A stretch of 64,000 nucleotides of DNA from assembly GCA_965203295.1 (NCBI GenBank), contig CBDBCZ010000018.1:2176001-2240000 (forward strand), given 5' to 3'. Numbering within the stretch: the stretch's first letter is position 1; each line of letters starts with the position of its first letter. A program made the translations under genes and the position numbers. Below the pieces are notes generated by a model. That model saw only the letters and a list, made by a program, of their open reading frames with translations. It searched no databases and was not told where the DNA came from. Positions 13,468 to 26,500 of this stretch are shown in pieces. This stretch comes from Nitrospirales bacterium (GTDB taxonomy: Bacteria > Nitrospirota > Nitrospiria > Nitrospirales > UBA8639).

Positions 13468-16400
13468 GCCTTTGAATAACCAGTTCCTTTCTTGAACATC
13501 GATACTTCCTAAGCGTGTATTGTATCTGACAAACATCATTCAAACTAAACAGGCCTTTGAATAACCAGTTCATTTTCTAAACAGTTGGGAAGGGTCAGAT
13601 AAATGGTAGGTAGTTACTTTGGCTTAAAGTCTTTGCTAGAGACCAACAAAACTAACAATTTTCAATAAAATCCTTCTTTCTCAATCTTCAGACTAACATC
13701 ATTCAAACTAAACAAGCCTTTGAATAACCAGTTCTTTTCCTAAACAGTTAGGAAGGGTCAGATCAATGGTAGCTAGTTACTTTGGCTGAAAGTCTTTGCC
13801 AGAGACAAACAAAACTAACAATTTTCAATAAAATCCTTCTTTCCTAATCTTCAGACTAACATCATTCAAACTAAACAAGCCTTTGAATAACCAGTTCTTT
13901 TCCTAAACAGTTAGGAAGGGTCAGATCAATGGTAGCTAGTTACTTTGGCTGAAAGTCTTTGCCTGAGACCAACAAAACTAACAATTTTCAATAAAATCCT
14001 TCTTTCCTAATCATCAGACTAACATCAACCAAACTAAACAAGCCTTTGAATAACCAGTTCCTTTCTTGAACATCGACACTTCCTAAACATGTATTGTATC
14101 CGACTAACATCATTAAAACTAATCAAGCCTTTCAATAACCAGTTCCTTTCTTGAACAGCGATACTTCCTAAGCATGTATTGTATCTGACAAACTTCATTC
14201 AAACTAAACAAGCCTTTGAATAACCAGTTCTTTTCCGAAACAGTTGGGAAGGGTCAGATCAATGGTAGCTAGTTACTTTGGCTCAAAGTCTTTGCTAGAG
14301 ACCAACAAAACTAACGATTTTCTATAAAATACTTCTTTCCTAATCTGCAGACTAACATCAGGCTACCTAAACAAGCCTTTGAATAACTAGTTCCTTTCTT
14401 GAAGATCGATACTTCCTAAGCATGTATTGTATCTGACTAACATCATTCAAACTAAACAAGCCTATGAATAACAAGTTCTTTTCCTAAACAGTTGGGAAGG
14501 GTCAGATCAATGGTAGCCAGTTACTTTGGCTGAAAGTCTTTGCCTGAGACCAACAAACTAACAATTTTCAATAAAATCCTACTTTCCTAATCTTCAGGCT
14601 AACATCAACAAAACTAATCAAGCCTTTGAATAACCAGTTCTTTTCCTAAACAGTTGGGAAGGGTCAGATCAATGGTAGCTAGTTACTTTGGCTGAAAGTC
14701 TTTGCTAGAGACAAACAAAACTAACGATTTTCTATAAAATACTTCTTTCCTAATCTGCAGACTAACATCATCAAAACTAAATAAGCATTTGAATAACCAG
14801 TTCCTTTCTTGAACATCGATACTTCCTAAGCATGTATTGTATCTGACTAACATCATTCAAACTAAACAAGCCTTTGAATAACAAGTTCTTTTCCTAAACA
14901 GTTAGAAAGGGTCAGATCAATGGTAGCTAGTTATTTTTGCTGAAAGTCTTTGCCTGAGACCAACAAAACTAACAATTTTCAATAAAATTCTTCATTCCTA
15001 ATCTTCAAACTAAACCATTTTCAATAAAATCCTTCTTTCCTAATCTTCAGACTAACATCAACAAAACTAAACAAGCCTTTGAATAACCAGTTCCTTTCTT
15101 GAACATCGATACTTCCTAAGCGTGTATTGTATCTGACAAACATCATTCAAACTAAACAGGCCTTTGAATAACCAGTTCATTTTCTAAACAGTTGGGAAGG
15201 GTCAGATAAATGGTAGGTAGTTACTTTGGCTTAAAGACTTTGCTAGAGACCAACAAAACTAACAATTTTCAATAAAATCCTTCTTTCCTAATCTTCAGAC
15301 TAACATTATTCAAACTAAACAAGCCTTTGAATAACAAGTTCTTTTCCTAAACAGTTGGGAAGGGTCAGATCAATGGTAGCCAGTTACTTTGGCTGAAAGT
15401 CTTTGCCTGAGACCAACAAACTAACAATTTTCAATAAAATCCTACTTTCCTAATCTTCAGGCTAACATCAACAAAACTAATCAAGCCTTTGAATAACCAG
15501 TTCTTTTCCTAAACAGTTGGGAAGAATCAGATCAATGGTAGCTAGTTACTTTGGCTGAAAGTCTTTGCTAGAGACCAACTAAACTAACGATTTTCTATAA
15601 AATACTTCTTTCCTAATCTGCAGACTAACATCAACCAAACTAAATAAGCATTTGAATAACCAGTTCCTTTCTTGAACATCGATACTTCCTAAGCATGTAT
15701 TGTATCTGACTAACATCATTCAAACTAAACAAGCCTTTGAATAACAAGTTCTTTTCCTAAACAGTTGGGAAGGGTCAGATCAATGGTAGCTAGTTACTTT
15801 GGCTCAGAGTCTTTGCTAGAGTCCAACAAAACTAACAATTTTCAATAAAATCCTCCTTTCCTAATCTGCAGACTAACATCAACCAAACTAAACAAGCCTT
15901 TGAATAACCAGTTCCTTTCTTGAACATTGATACTTCGTAAGCATGTATTGTATCTGACTAATATCATTCAAACAAAACAAGCCTTTGAATAACCAGCACT
16001 TATCCTAAATAGTTCGGAAAGGTCAGATCAATGGTAGCTAGTAACTTTGCCTTAATTAAAGTCATTGCAAGAGACCAACAAAACTAACAATTTTCAATAA
16101 AATCCTTCTTTCCTAATCTTCAGGCTAACATAAACAAAACTAAACAGGCCTTTGAATAACCAGTTCTTTTTCTAAACAGTTGGGAAGGGTCAGATAAATG
16201 GTAGCTAGTTACTTTGGCTTAAAGTCTTTGCTAGAGACCAACAAAACTAACAATTTTCAATAAAATCCTTCTTTCCTAATCTTCAGACTAACATCATTCA
16301 AACTAAACAAGCCTTTGAATAACCAGTTCTTTTCCTAAACAGTTAGGAAGGGTCAGATCAATGGTAGCTAGTTACTTTTGCTGAAAGTCTTTGCCTGAGA

Positions 16401-19400
16401 CCAACAAAACTAACAATTTTCAATAAAATCCTTCTTTCCTAATCTTCAGACTAACATCAACCAAACTAAACAAGCCTTTGAATAACCAGTTCCTTTCTTG
16501 AACATCGACACTTCCTAAACATGTATTGTATCCGACTAACATCATTAAAACTAATCAAGCCTTTGAATAACCAGATCTTTTCCTAAACAGTTGGGAAGGG
16601 TCAGATCAATGGTAGCCAGTTACTTTGGCTGAAAGTCTTTGCCTGAGACCAACAAAACTAACAATTTTCAATAAAATCCTTCTTTCCTAATCTTCAGACT
16701 AACATCATTCAAACTAAACAAGCCTTTGAATAACAAGTTCTTTTCCTAAACAGTTAGAAAGGGTCAGATCAATGGTAGCTAGTTACTTTTGCTGAAAGTC
16801 TTTGCCTGAGACCAACAAAACTAACAATTTTCAATAAAATTCTTCATTCCTAATCTTCAAACTAAACAATTTTCAATAAAATCCTTCTTTCCTAATCTTC
16901 GGACTAACATCAACCAAACTAAACAAGCCTTTGAATAACCAGTTCCTTTCTTGAACATCGATACTTCCAAAGCGTGTATTGTATCTGACAAACATCATTC
17001 AAACTAAACAGGCCTTTGAATACCTAGTTCATTTTCTAAAAAGTTGGGGAGGGTCAGATAAATGGTAGGTAGTTACTTTGGCTTAAAGTCTTTGCTAGAG
17101 ACCAACAAAACTAACAATTTTCAATAAAATCCTTCTTTCCTAATCTTCAGACTAACATCATTCAAACTAAACAGGCCTTTGAATAACCAGTTCTTTTCCT
17201 AAACAGTTAGGAAGGGTCAGATCAATGGTAGCTAGTTACTTTGGCTGAAAGTCTTTGCCTGAGACCAACAAAACTAACAATTTTCAATAAAATCCTTCTT
17301 TCCTAATCTTCAGACTAACATCAACCAAACTAAACAAGCCTTTGAATAACCAGTTCCTTTCTTGAGCATCGACACTTCCTAAACATGTATTGTATCCGAC
17401 TAACATCATTAAAACTAATCAAGCCTTTCAATAACCAGTTCCTTTCTTGAACAGCGATACTTCCTAAGCATGTATTGTATCTGACTAACATCATTCAAAC
17501 TTAACAAGCCTTTGAATAACCAGTTCTTTTCCTAAACAGTTGGGAAGGGTTAGATCAATGGTAGCTAGTTACTTTGGCTCAAAGTCTTTGCTAGAGACCA
17601 ACAAAACTAACGATTATCTATAAAATACTTCTTTCCTAATCTGCTGACTAACATCAGGCAAACTAAACAAGCCTTTGAATAACTAGTTCCTTTCTTGAAG
17701 ATCGATACTTCCTAAGCATGTATTGTATCTGACTAACATTATTCAAACTGAACAAGCCTTTGAATAACAAGTTCTTTTCCTAAACAGTTGGGAAGGGTCA
17801 GATCAATGGTAGCCATTTACTTTGGCTGAAAGTCTTTGCCTGAGACCAACAAAACTAATAATTTTCAATAAAATCCTACTTTCCTAATCTTCAGGCTAAC
17901 ATCAACAAAACTAAACAGGCCTTTGAATAACCAGCTCTTTTTCTAAACAGTTGGGAAGGGTCAGATAAATGGTAGAGGGTTACTTTGGCTTAAAGTCTTT
18001 GCTAGAGACAAAAAAACTAACAATTTTAATTAAAATCCTTCTTTCCTAATCTGCAGACTAACATCAGGCAAACAAAACAAGCCTTTGAATAACCAGTTCC
18101 TTTCTTGAAGATCGATACTTCCTAAGCATGTATTGTATCTGACTAACATCATTCAAACTAAACATGCCTTTGAATAACAAGTTCTTTTCCTAAACAGTTG
18201 GGAAGGGTCAGATCAATGGTAGCCAGCTACTTTGGCTGAAAGTCTTTGCCTGAGACCAACAAAACTAACAATTTTCAATAAAATCCTACTTTCCTAATCT
18301 TCAGGCTAACATCAACAAAACTAATCAAGCCTTTGAATAACAAGTTCTTTTCCTAAACAGTTGGGAAGGGTCAGATCAATGGTAGCTAGTTACTTTGGCT
18401 GAAAGTCTTTGCTAGAGACCAACAAAACTAACGATTTTCTATAAAATACTTCTTTCCTAATCTGCAGACAAACATCAACCAAACTAAATAAGCATTTGAA
18501 TAACCAGTTCCTTTCTTGAACATCGATACTTCCTAAGCATGTATTGTATCTGACTAACATCATTCAAACTAAACAAGCCTTTGAATAACAAGTTCTTTTC
18601 CTAAACAGTTGGGAAGGGTCAGATAAATGGTAGCCAGTTACTTTGGCTGAAAGTATTTGCCTGAAACCAAAAAAACTAACAATTTTCAATAAAATCCTTC
18701 TTTCCTAATCTTCAGACTAACATCAACCAAACTAAACAAGTCTTTGAATAACCAGTTCCTTTCTTGAACATTGATCATGTATTGTATCTGACTAATATCA
18801 TTCAAACAAAACAAGCCTTTGAATAACCAGCTCTTTTTCTAAATAGTTTGGAAGGATCAGATCAATGGTAGCCAGTTACTTTGGCTTAGAGTCTTTGCAA
18901 GAGACAAACAAAACTAACAATTATCAATAAAATCCTTCTTTCTTAATCTTCAGGCTAAAATCAACGAAACTAAACAGGCCTTTGAATAACCAGTTCTTTT
19001 TCTAAACAGTTGGGAAGGGTCAGATATATGGTAGCAAATTACTTTGGCTTAAAGTCTTTGCTAGACACCTACAAAACTAACAATTTTCAATAAAATCCTT
19101 CTTTCCTAATCTTCAGACTAACATCAACCAAACTAAACAAGCCTTTGAATAACCAGTTCCTTTCTTGAACATCGACACTTCTTAAACATGTATTGTATTC
19201 GACTAACATCATTAAAACTAATCAAGCCTTTGAATAACTAGTTCTTTTCCTAAATAGCTGGGAAGGGTCAGATCAATGGTAGTTAGTTACTTTGGCTCAA
19301 AGTCTTTGCTAGAGACCAACAAAACTAAAGATTTTCTATAAAATACTTCTTTCCTTATCTGCAGCCTAACATCAAGCAAACTAAACAAGCCTTTGAATAA

Positions 19401-19875
19401 CCAGTTGCTTTCTTGAACATCGATACTTCCTAAGCATGTATTGTATCTGACTAACATCATTCAAACTAAACAAGCCTTTGAATAAACAAGTTCTTTTCCT
19501 AAACAGTTGGGAAGGGTCAGATCAATGGTAGCCAGTTACTTTGGCTGAAAGTCTTTGCCTGAGACCAAAAAAACTAACAATTTTCAAAAAAATCCTTCTT
19601 TCCTAATCTTCAGGCTAACATCAACAAAACTAAACAGGCCTTTGAATAACCAGCTCTTTTTCTAAATAGTTGGGAAGGGTCAGATAAATGGTAGCAAGTT
19701 ACTTTGGCTTAAAGTCTTTGCTAGAGACCAACAAAACTAACAATTTTCAATAAAATCCTTCTTTCCTAATCTTCAGACTAACATCAACCAAACTAAACAA
19801 GCCTTTGAATAACAAGTTCCTTTCTTGAACATCGACACTTCTTAAACATGTATTGTATTCGACTAACATCATTAA

Positions 19876-20514
19876 CCCTTTAAACCCCGTAGACGTCTAC
19901 ACACGTCATAAATATAGAACGCATACATTACCGTAGACGTGTGTACACGTCATTGAATATGATCAAGACTCTACCGGAAAGTGACGCTCCAGGGAGATCC
20001 CCACTGTGGTTAGTGACGCTCCAGCGGACAGATTCTTTCATTTTAGCACTATTTTCAGGGACTTACCCAGGCAGATCACGAGAAAATCCGCAATGAATAA
20101 CATCTGTTCACGAACCGATAAAATATAGAGCAGAATTCTAGGCTATTGCACGGCAGTAGCAGTTCGAAAATATGGCTAGCTGTCTCCTACAATACCGCTG
20201 CAAGTCTATGGACGTCTCGCTTGTCCTTCAGGGCGTCATTCCCAGAAAGTAAGTGGCGATGATATTTAATTATCGTTCGGTATCGAAAATCCGCTGCCGC
20301 TTGGCACTTTCCTTCCGTCAATCATGCTTGAATCCGACATCAAATGAAAGCTTGGGAGCTCTACTCTTCAGTTCTGTAGAGAGTTTAGTCCAAGTCATCC
20401 CCCGTCTTTCGTTACAAAGCCATAAACCGAACATACTACCGTCCTCGTGCCGTAATTAAATTATTCTGGTAATTGACTGACGTAATGCGCATGCGCAATA
20501 CGGGGTATAAAGGG
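19876..20514. mobile_element. Non-autonomous piggyBac-like MITE (639 bp) with TTAA TSD
   Basis: TTAA at 19872-19875 and 20515-20518. TIRs CCCTTTAAACCCCGTA / TACGGGGTATAAAGGG match 15/16. Removing the element restores the satellite CATCATTAAAACTAATC. No transposase ORF. Confidence 0.92.
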
Positions 20515-23500
20515 TTAAAACTAATCAAGCCTTTGAATAACCAGTTCTTTTCCTAAATAGCTGGGAAGGGTCAGATCAATGGTAGTTAGTTACTTTGGCT
20601 CAAAGTCTTTGCTAGAGACCAACAAAACTAACAATTTTCAATAAAATCCTTCTTTCCTAATCTTCAGACTAACATCAACCAAACTAAACAAGCCTTTGAA
20701 TAACAAGTTCCTTTCTTGAACATCGACACTTCTTAAACATGTATTGTATTCGACTAACATCATTAAAACTAATCAAGCCTTTGAATAACCAGTTCTTTTC
20801 CTAAATAGCTGGGAAGGGTCAGATCAATGGTAGTTAGTTACTTTGGCTCAAAGTCTTTGCTAGAGACCAACAAAACTAAAGATTTTCTATAAAATACTTC
20901 TTTCCTTATCTGAAGCCTAACATCAAGCAAACTAAACAAGCCTTTGAATAACCAGTTGCTTTCTTGAACATCGATACTTCCTAAGCATGTATTGTATCTG
21001 ACTAACATCATTCAAACTAAACAAGCCTTTGAATAAACAAGTTCTTTTCCTAAACAGTTGGGAAGGGTCAGATCAATGGTAGCTAGTTACTTTGGCTGAA
21101 AGTCTTTGCCTGAGACCAAAAAAACTAACAATTTTCAATAAAATCCTTCTTTCCTAATCTTCAGGCTAACATCAACAAAACTAAACAGGCCTTTGAATAA
21201 CCAGCTCTTTTTCTAAATAGTTGGGAAGGGTCAGATAAATGGTAGCAAGTTACTTTGGCTTAAAGTCTTTGCTAGAGACAAAAAAACTAACAATTTTCAA
21301 TAAAATCCTTCTTTCCTAATCTTCAGACTAACATCAACCAAACTAAACAAGCCTTTGAATAACCAGTTCCTTCCTTGAACATTGATACTTCCTAAGCATG
21401 TATTGAATCTGACTAATATCATTCAAACAAAACAAGCCTTTAAATAACCAGCTCATTTTCTAAATAGTTCGGAAGGGTCAGATAAATGGTAGCTAGTAAC
21501 TTTGGCTTAAAGTCTTTGCTAGAGACAAACAAAACTAACAATTTTCAATAAAATTCTTCTTTCCTAATCAACTTACTTTTGCTGAAAGTCTTTGCCTGAC
21601 ACCAACAAAACTAACAATTTTCCATAAAATTCTTCATTCCTAATCTTCAAACTAAACAATTTTCAATAAAATCCTTCTTTCCTAATCTTCAGACTAACAT
21701 CAACCAAACTAAACAAGCCTTTGAATAACCAGTTCCTTTTTTGAACATCGATACTTCCTAAGCGTGTATTGTATCTGACAAACATCATTCAAACTAAACA
21801 GGCCTTTGAATAACCAGTTCATTTTCTAAACAGTTGGGAAGGGTCAGATAAATGGTAGGTAGTTACTTTGGCTTAAAGTCTTTGCTAGAGACCAACAAAA
21901 CTAACAATTTTCAATAAAATCCTTCTTTCTCAATCTTCAGACTAACATCATTCAAACTAAACAAGCCTTTGAATAACCAGTTATTTTCCTAAACAGTTAG
22001 GAAGGGTCAGATCTATGGTAGCTAGTTACTTTGGCTGAAAGTCTTTGCCAGAGACCAACAAAACTAACAATTTTCAATAAAATCCTTCTTTCCTAATCTT
22101 CAGACGAACATCATTCAAACTAAACAAGCCTTTGAATAACCAGTTCTTTTCCTAAACAGTTAGGAAGGGTCAGATCAATGGTAGCTAGTTACTTTGGCTG
22201 AAAGTCTTTGCCTGAGACCAACAAAACTAACAATTTTCAATAAAATCCTTCTTTCCTAATCATCAGACTAACATCAACCAAACTAAACAAGCCTTTGAAT
22301 AACCAGTTCCTTTCTTGAACATCGACACTTCCTAAACATGTATTGTATCCGACTAACATCATTAAAACTAATCAAGCCTTTCAATAACCAGTTCCTTTCT
22401 TGAACAGCGATACTTCCTAAGCATGTATTGTATCTGACTAACTTCATTCAAACTAAACAAGCCTTTGAATAACCAGTTCTTTTCCGAAACAGTTGGGAAG
22501 GGTCAGATCAATGGTAGCCAGTTACTTTGGCTGAAAGTCTTTTCCTGAGACCAACAAAACTAACAATTTTCAATAAAATCCTTCTTTCCTAATCTTCAGA
22601 CTAACATCAACCAAACTAAACAAGCCTTTGAATAACCAGTTCCTTTCTTAAACATCGACACTTCCTAAACATTTATTGTATCCGACTAACATCATTAAAA
22701 CTAATCAAGCCTTTGAATAACCAGTTCTTTTTCTAAACAGTTGGGAAGGGTCAGATAAATGGTAGCTAGTTACTTTGGCTTAAAGTCTTTGCTAGAGACC
22801 AACAAAACTAACAATTTTCAATAAAATCCTTCTTTCCTAATCTTCAGACTAACATCATTCAAACTAAACAAGCCTTTGAATAACCAGTTCTTTTCCTAAA
22901 CAGTTAGGAAGGGTCAGATCAATGGTAGCTAGTTACTTTTGCTGAAAGTCTTTGCCTGAGACCAACAAAACTAACAATTTTCAATAAAATCCTTCTTTCC
23001 TAATCTTCAGACTAACATCAACCAAACTAAACAAGCCTTTGAATAACCAGTTCCTTTCTTGAACATCGACACTTCCTAAACATGTATTGTATCCGACTAA
23101 CATCATTAAAACTAATCAAGCCTTTGAATAACCAGATCTTTTCCTAAACAGTTGGGAAGGGTCAGATCAATGGTAGCCAGTTACTTTGGCTGAAAGTCTT
23201 TGCCTGAGACCAACAAAACTAACAATTTTCAATAAAATCCTTCTTTCCTAATCTTCAGACTAACATCATTCAAACTAAACAAGCCTTTGAATAACAAGTT
23301 CTTTTCCTAAACAGTTAGAAAGGGTCAGATCAATGGTAGCTAGTTACTTTTGCTGAAAGTCTTTGCCTGAGACCAACAAAACTAACAATTTTCAATAAAA
23401 TTCTTCATTCCTAATCTTCAAACTAAACAATTTTCAATAAAATCCTTCTTTCCTAATCTTCGGACTAACATCAACCAAACTAAACAAGCCTTTGAATAAC

Positions 23501-26500
23501 CAGTTCCTTTCTTGAACATCGATACTTCCAAAGCGTGTATTGTATCTGACAAACATCATTCAAACTAAACAGGCCTTTGAATACCTAGTTCATTTTCTAA
23601 AAAGTTGGGGAGGGTCAGATAAATGGTAGGTAGTTACTTTGGCTTAAAGTCTTTGCTAGAGACCAACAAAACTAACAATTTTCAATAAAATCCTTCTTTC
23701 CTAATCTTCAGACTAACATCATTCAAACTAAACAAGCCTTTGAATAACCAGTTCTTTTCCTAAACAGTTAGGAAGGGTCAGATCAATGGTAGCTAGTTAC
23801 TTTGGCTGAAAGTCTTTGCCTGAGACCAACAAAACTAACAATTTTCAATAAAATCCTTCTTTCCTAATCTTCAGACTAACATCAACCAAACTAAACAAGC
23901 CTTTGAATAACCAGTTCCTTTCTTGAGCATCGACACTTCCTAAACATGTATTGTATCCGACTAACATCATTAAAACTAATCAAGCCTTTCAATAACCAGT
24001 TCCTTTCTTGAACAGCGATACTTCCTAAGCATGTATTGTATCTGACTAACATCATTCAAACTTAACAAGCCTTTGAATAACCAGTTCTTTTCCTAAACAG
24101 ATGGGAAGGGTCAGATCAATGGTAGCCAGTTACTTTGGGTGAAAGTCTTTTCCTGAGACAAACAAAACTAACAATTTTCAATAAAATCCTTCTTTCCTAA
24201 TCTTCAGACTAACATCAACCAAACTAAACAAGCCTTTGAATAACCAGTTCCTTTCTTAAACATCGACACTTCCTAAACATTTATTGTATCCGACTAACAT
24301 CATTAAAACTAATCAAGCCTTTGAATAACCAGTTCTTTTCCTAAACAGTTGGGAAGGGTTAGATCAATGGTAGCTAGTTACTTTGGCTCAAAGTCTTTGC
24401 TAGAGACCAACAAAACTAACGATTATCTATAAAATACTTCTTTCCTAATCTGCTGACTAACATCAGGCAAACTAAACAAGCCTTTGAATAACTAGTTCCT
24501 TTCTTGAAGATCGATACTTCCTAAGCATGTATTGTATCTGACTAACATTATTCAAACTGAACAAGCCTTTGAATAACAAGTTCTTTTCCTAAACAGTTGG
24601 GAAGGGTCAGATCAATGGTAGCCATTTACTTTGGCTGAAAGTCTTTGCCTGAGACCAACAAAACTAATAATTTTCAATAAAATCCTACTTTCCTAATCTT
24701 CAGGCTAACATCAACAAAACTAAACAGGCCTTTGAATAACCAGCTCTTTTTCTAAACAGTTGGGAAGGGTCAGATAAATGGTAGAGGGTTACTTTGGCTT
24801 AAAGTCTTTGCTAGAGACAAAAAAACTAACAATTTTAATTAAAATCCTTCTTTCCTAATCTACAGACTAACATCAGGCAAACAAAACAAGCCTTTGAATA
24901 ACCAGTTCCTTTCTTGAAGATCGATACTTCCTAAGCATGTATTGTATCTGACTAACATCATTCAAACTAAACATGCCTTTGAATAACAAGTTCTTTTCCT
25001 AAACAGTTGGGAAGGGTCAGATCAATGGTAGCCAGCTACTTTGGCTGAAAGTCTTTGCCTGAGACCAACAAAACTAACAATTTTCAATAAAATCCTACTT
25101 TCCTAATCTTCAGGCTAACATCAACAAAACTAATCAAGCCTTTGAATAACCAGTTCTTTTCCTAAACAGTTGGGAAGGGTCAGATCAATGGTAGCTAGTT
25201 ACTTTGGCTGAAAGTCTTTGCTAGAGACCAACAAAACTAACGATTTTCTATAAAATACTTCTTTCCTAATCTGCGGACTAACATCAACCAAACTAAATAA
25301 GCATTTGAATAACCAGTTCCTTTCTTGAACATCGATACTTCCTAAGCATGTATTGTATCTGACTAACATCATTCAAACTAAACAAGCCTTTGAATAACAA
25401 GTTCTTTTCCTAAACAGTTGGGAAGGGTCAGATAAATGGTAGCCAGTTACTTTGGCTGAAAGTATTTGCCTGAAACCAAAAAAACTAACAATTTTCAATA
25501 AAATCCTTCTTTCCTAATCTTCAGACTAACATCAACCAAACTAAACAAGTCTTTGAATAACCAGTTCCTTTCTTGAACATTGATCATGTATTGTATCTGA
25601 CTAATATCATTCAAACAAAACAAGCCTTTGAATAACCAGCTCTTTTTCTAAATAGTTTGGAAGGATCAGATCAATGGTAGCCAGTTACTTTGGCTTAGAG
25701 TCTTTGCAAGAGACAAACAAAACTAACAATTATCAATAAAATCCTTCTTTCTTAATCTTCAGGCTAAAATCAACGAAACTAAACAGGCCTTTGAATAACC
25801 AGTTCTTTTTCTAAACAGTTGGGAAGGGTCAGATATATGGTAGCAAGTTACTTTGGCTTAAAGTCTTTGCTAGACACCTACAAAACTAACAATTTTCAAT
25901 AAAATCCTTCTTTCCTAATCTTCAGACAAACAATAAACCAAACTAAACAAGCCTTTGAATAACCAGTTCCTTTCTTGAACATCGACACTTCTTAAACATG
26001 TATTGTATTCGACTAACATCATTAAAACTAATCAAGCCTTTGAATAACTAGTTCTTTTCCTAAATAGCTGGGAAGGGTCAGATCAATGGTAGTTAGTTAC
26101 TTTGGCTCAAAGTCTTTGCTAGAGACCAACAAAACTAAAGATTTTCTATAAAATACTTCTTTCCTTATCTGAAGCCTAACATCAAGCAAACTAAACAAGC
26201 CTTTGAATAACCAGTTGCTTTCTTGAACATCGATACTTCCTAAGCATGTATTGTATCTGACTAACATCATTCAAACTAAACAAGCCTTTGAATAAACAAG
26301 TTCTTTTCCTAAACAGTTGGGAAGGGTCAGATCAATGGTAGCTAGTTACTTTGGCTGAAAGTCTTTGCCTGAGACCAAAAAAACTAACAATTTTCAATAA
26401 AATCCTTCTTTCCTAATCTTCAGGCTAACATCAACAAAACTAAACAGGCCTTTGAATAACCAGCTCTTTTTCTAAATAGTTGGGAAGGGTCAGATAAATG

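Noticed and set aside
20253..20459. 68-aa ORF in the MITE as a transposase
   Set aside because: Too short, non-ATG start, no recognisable transposase motif.
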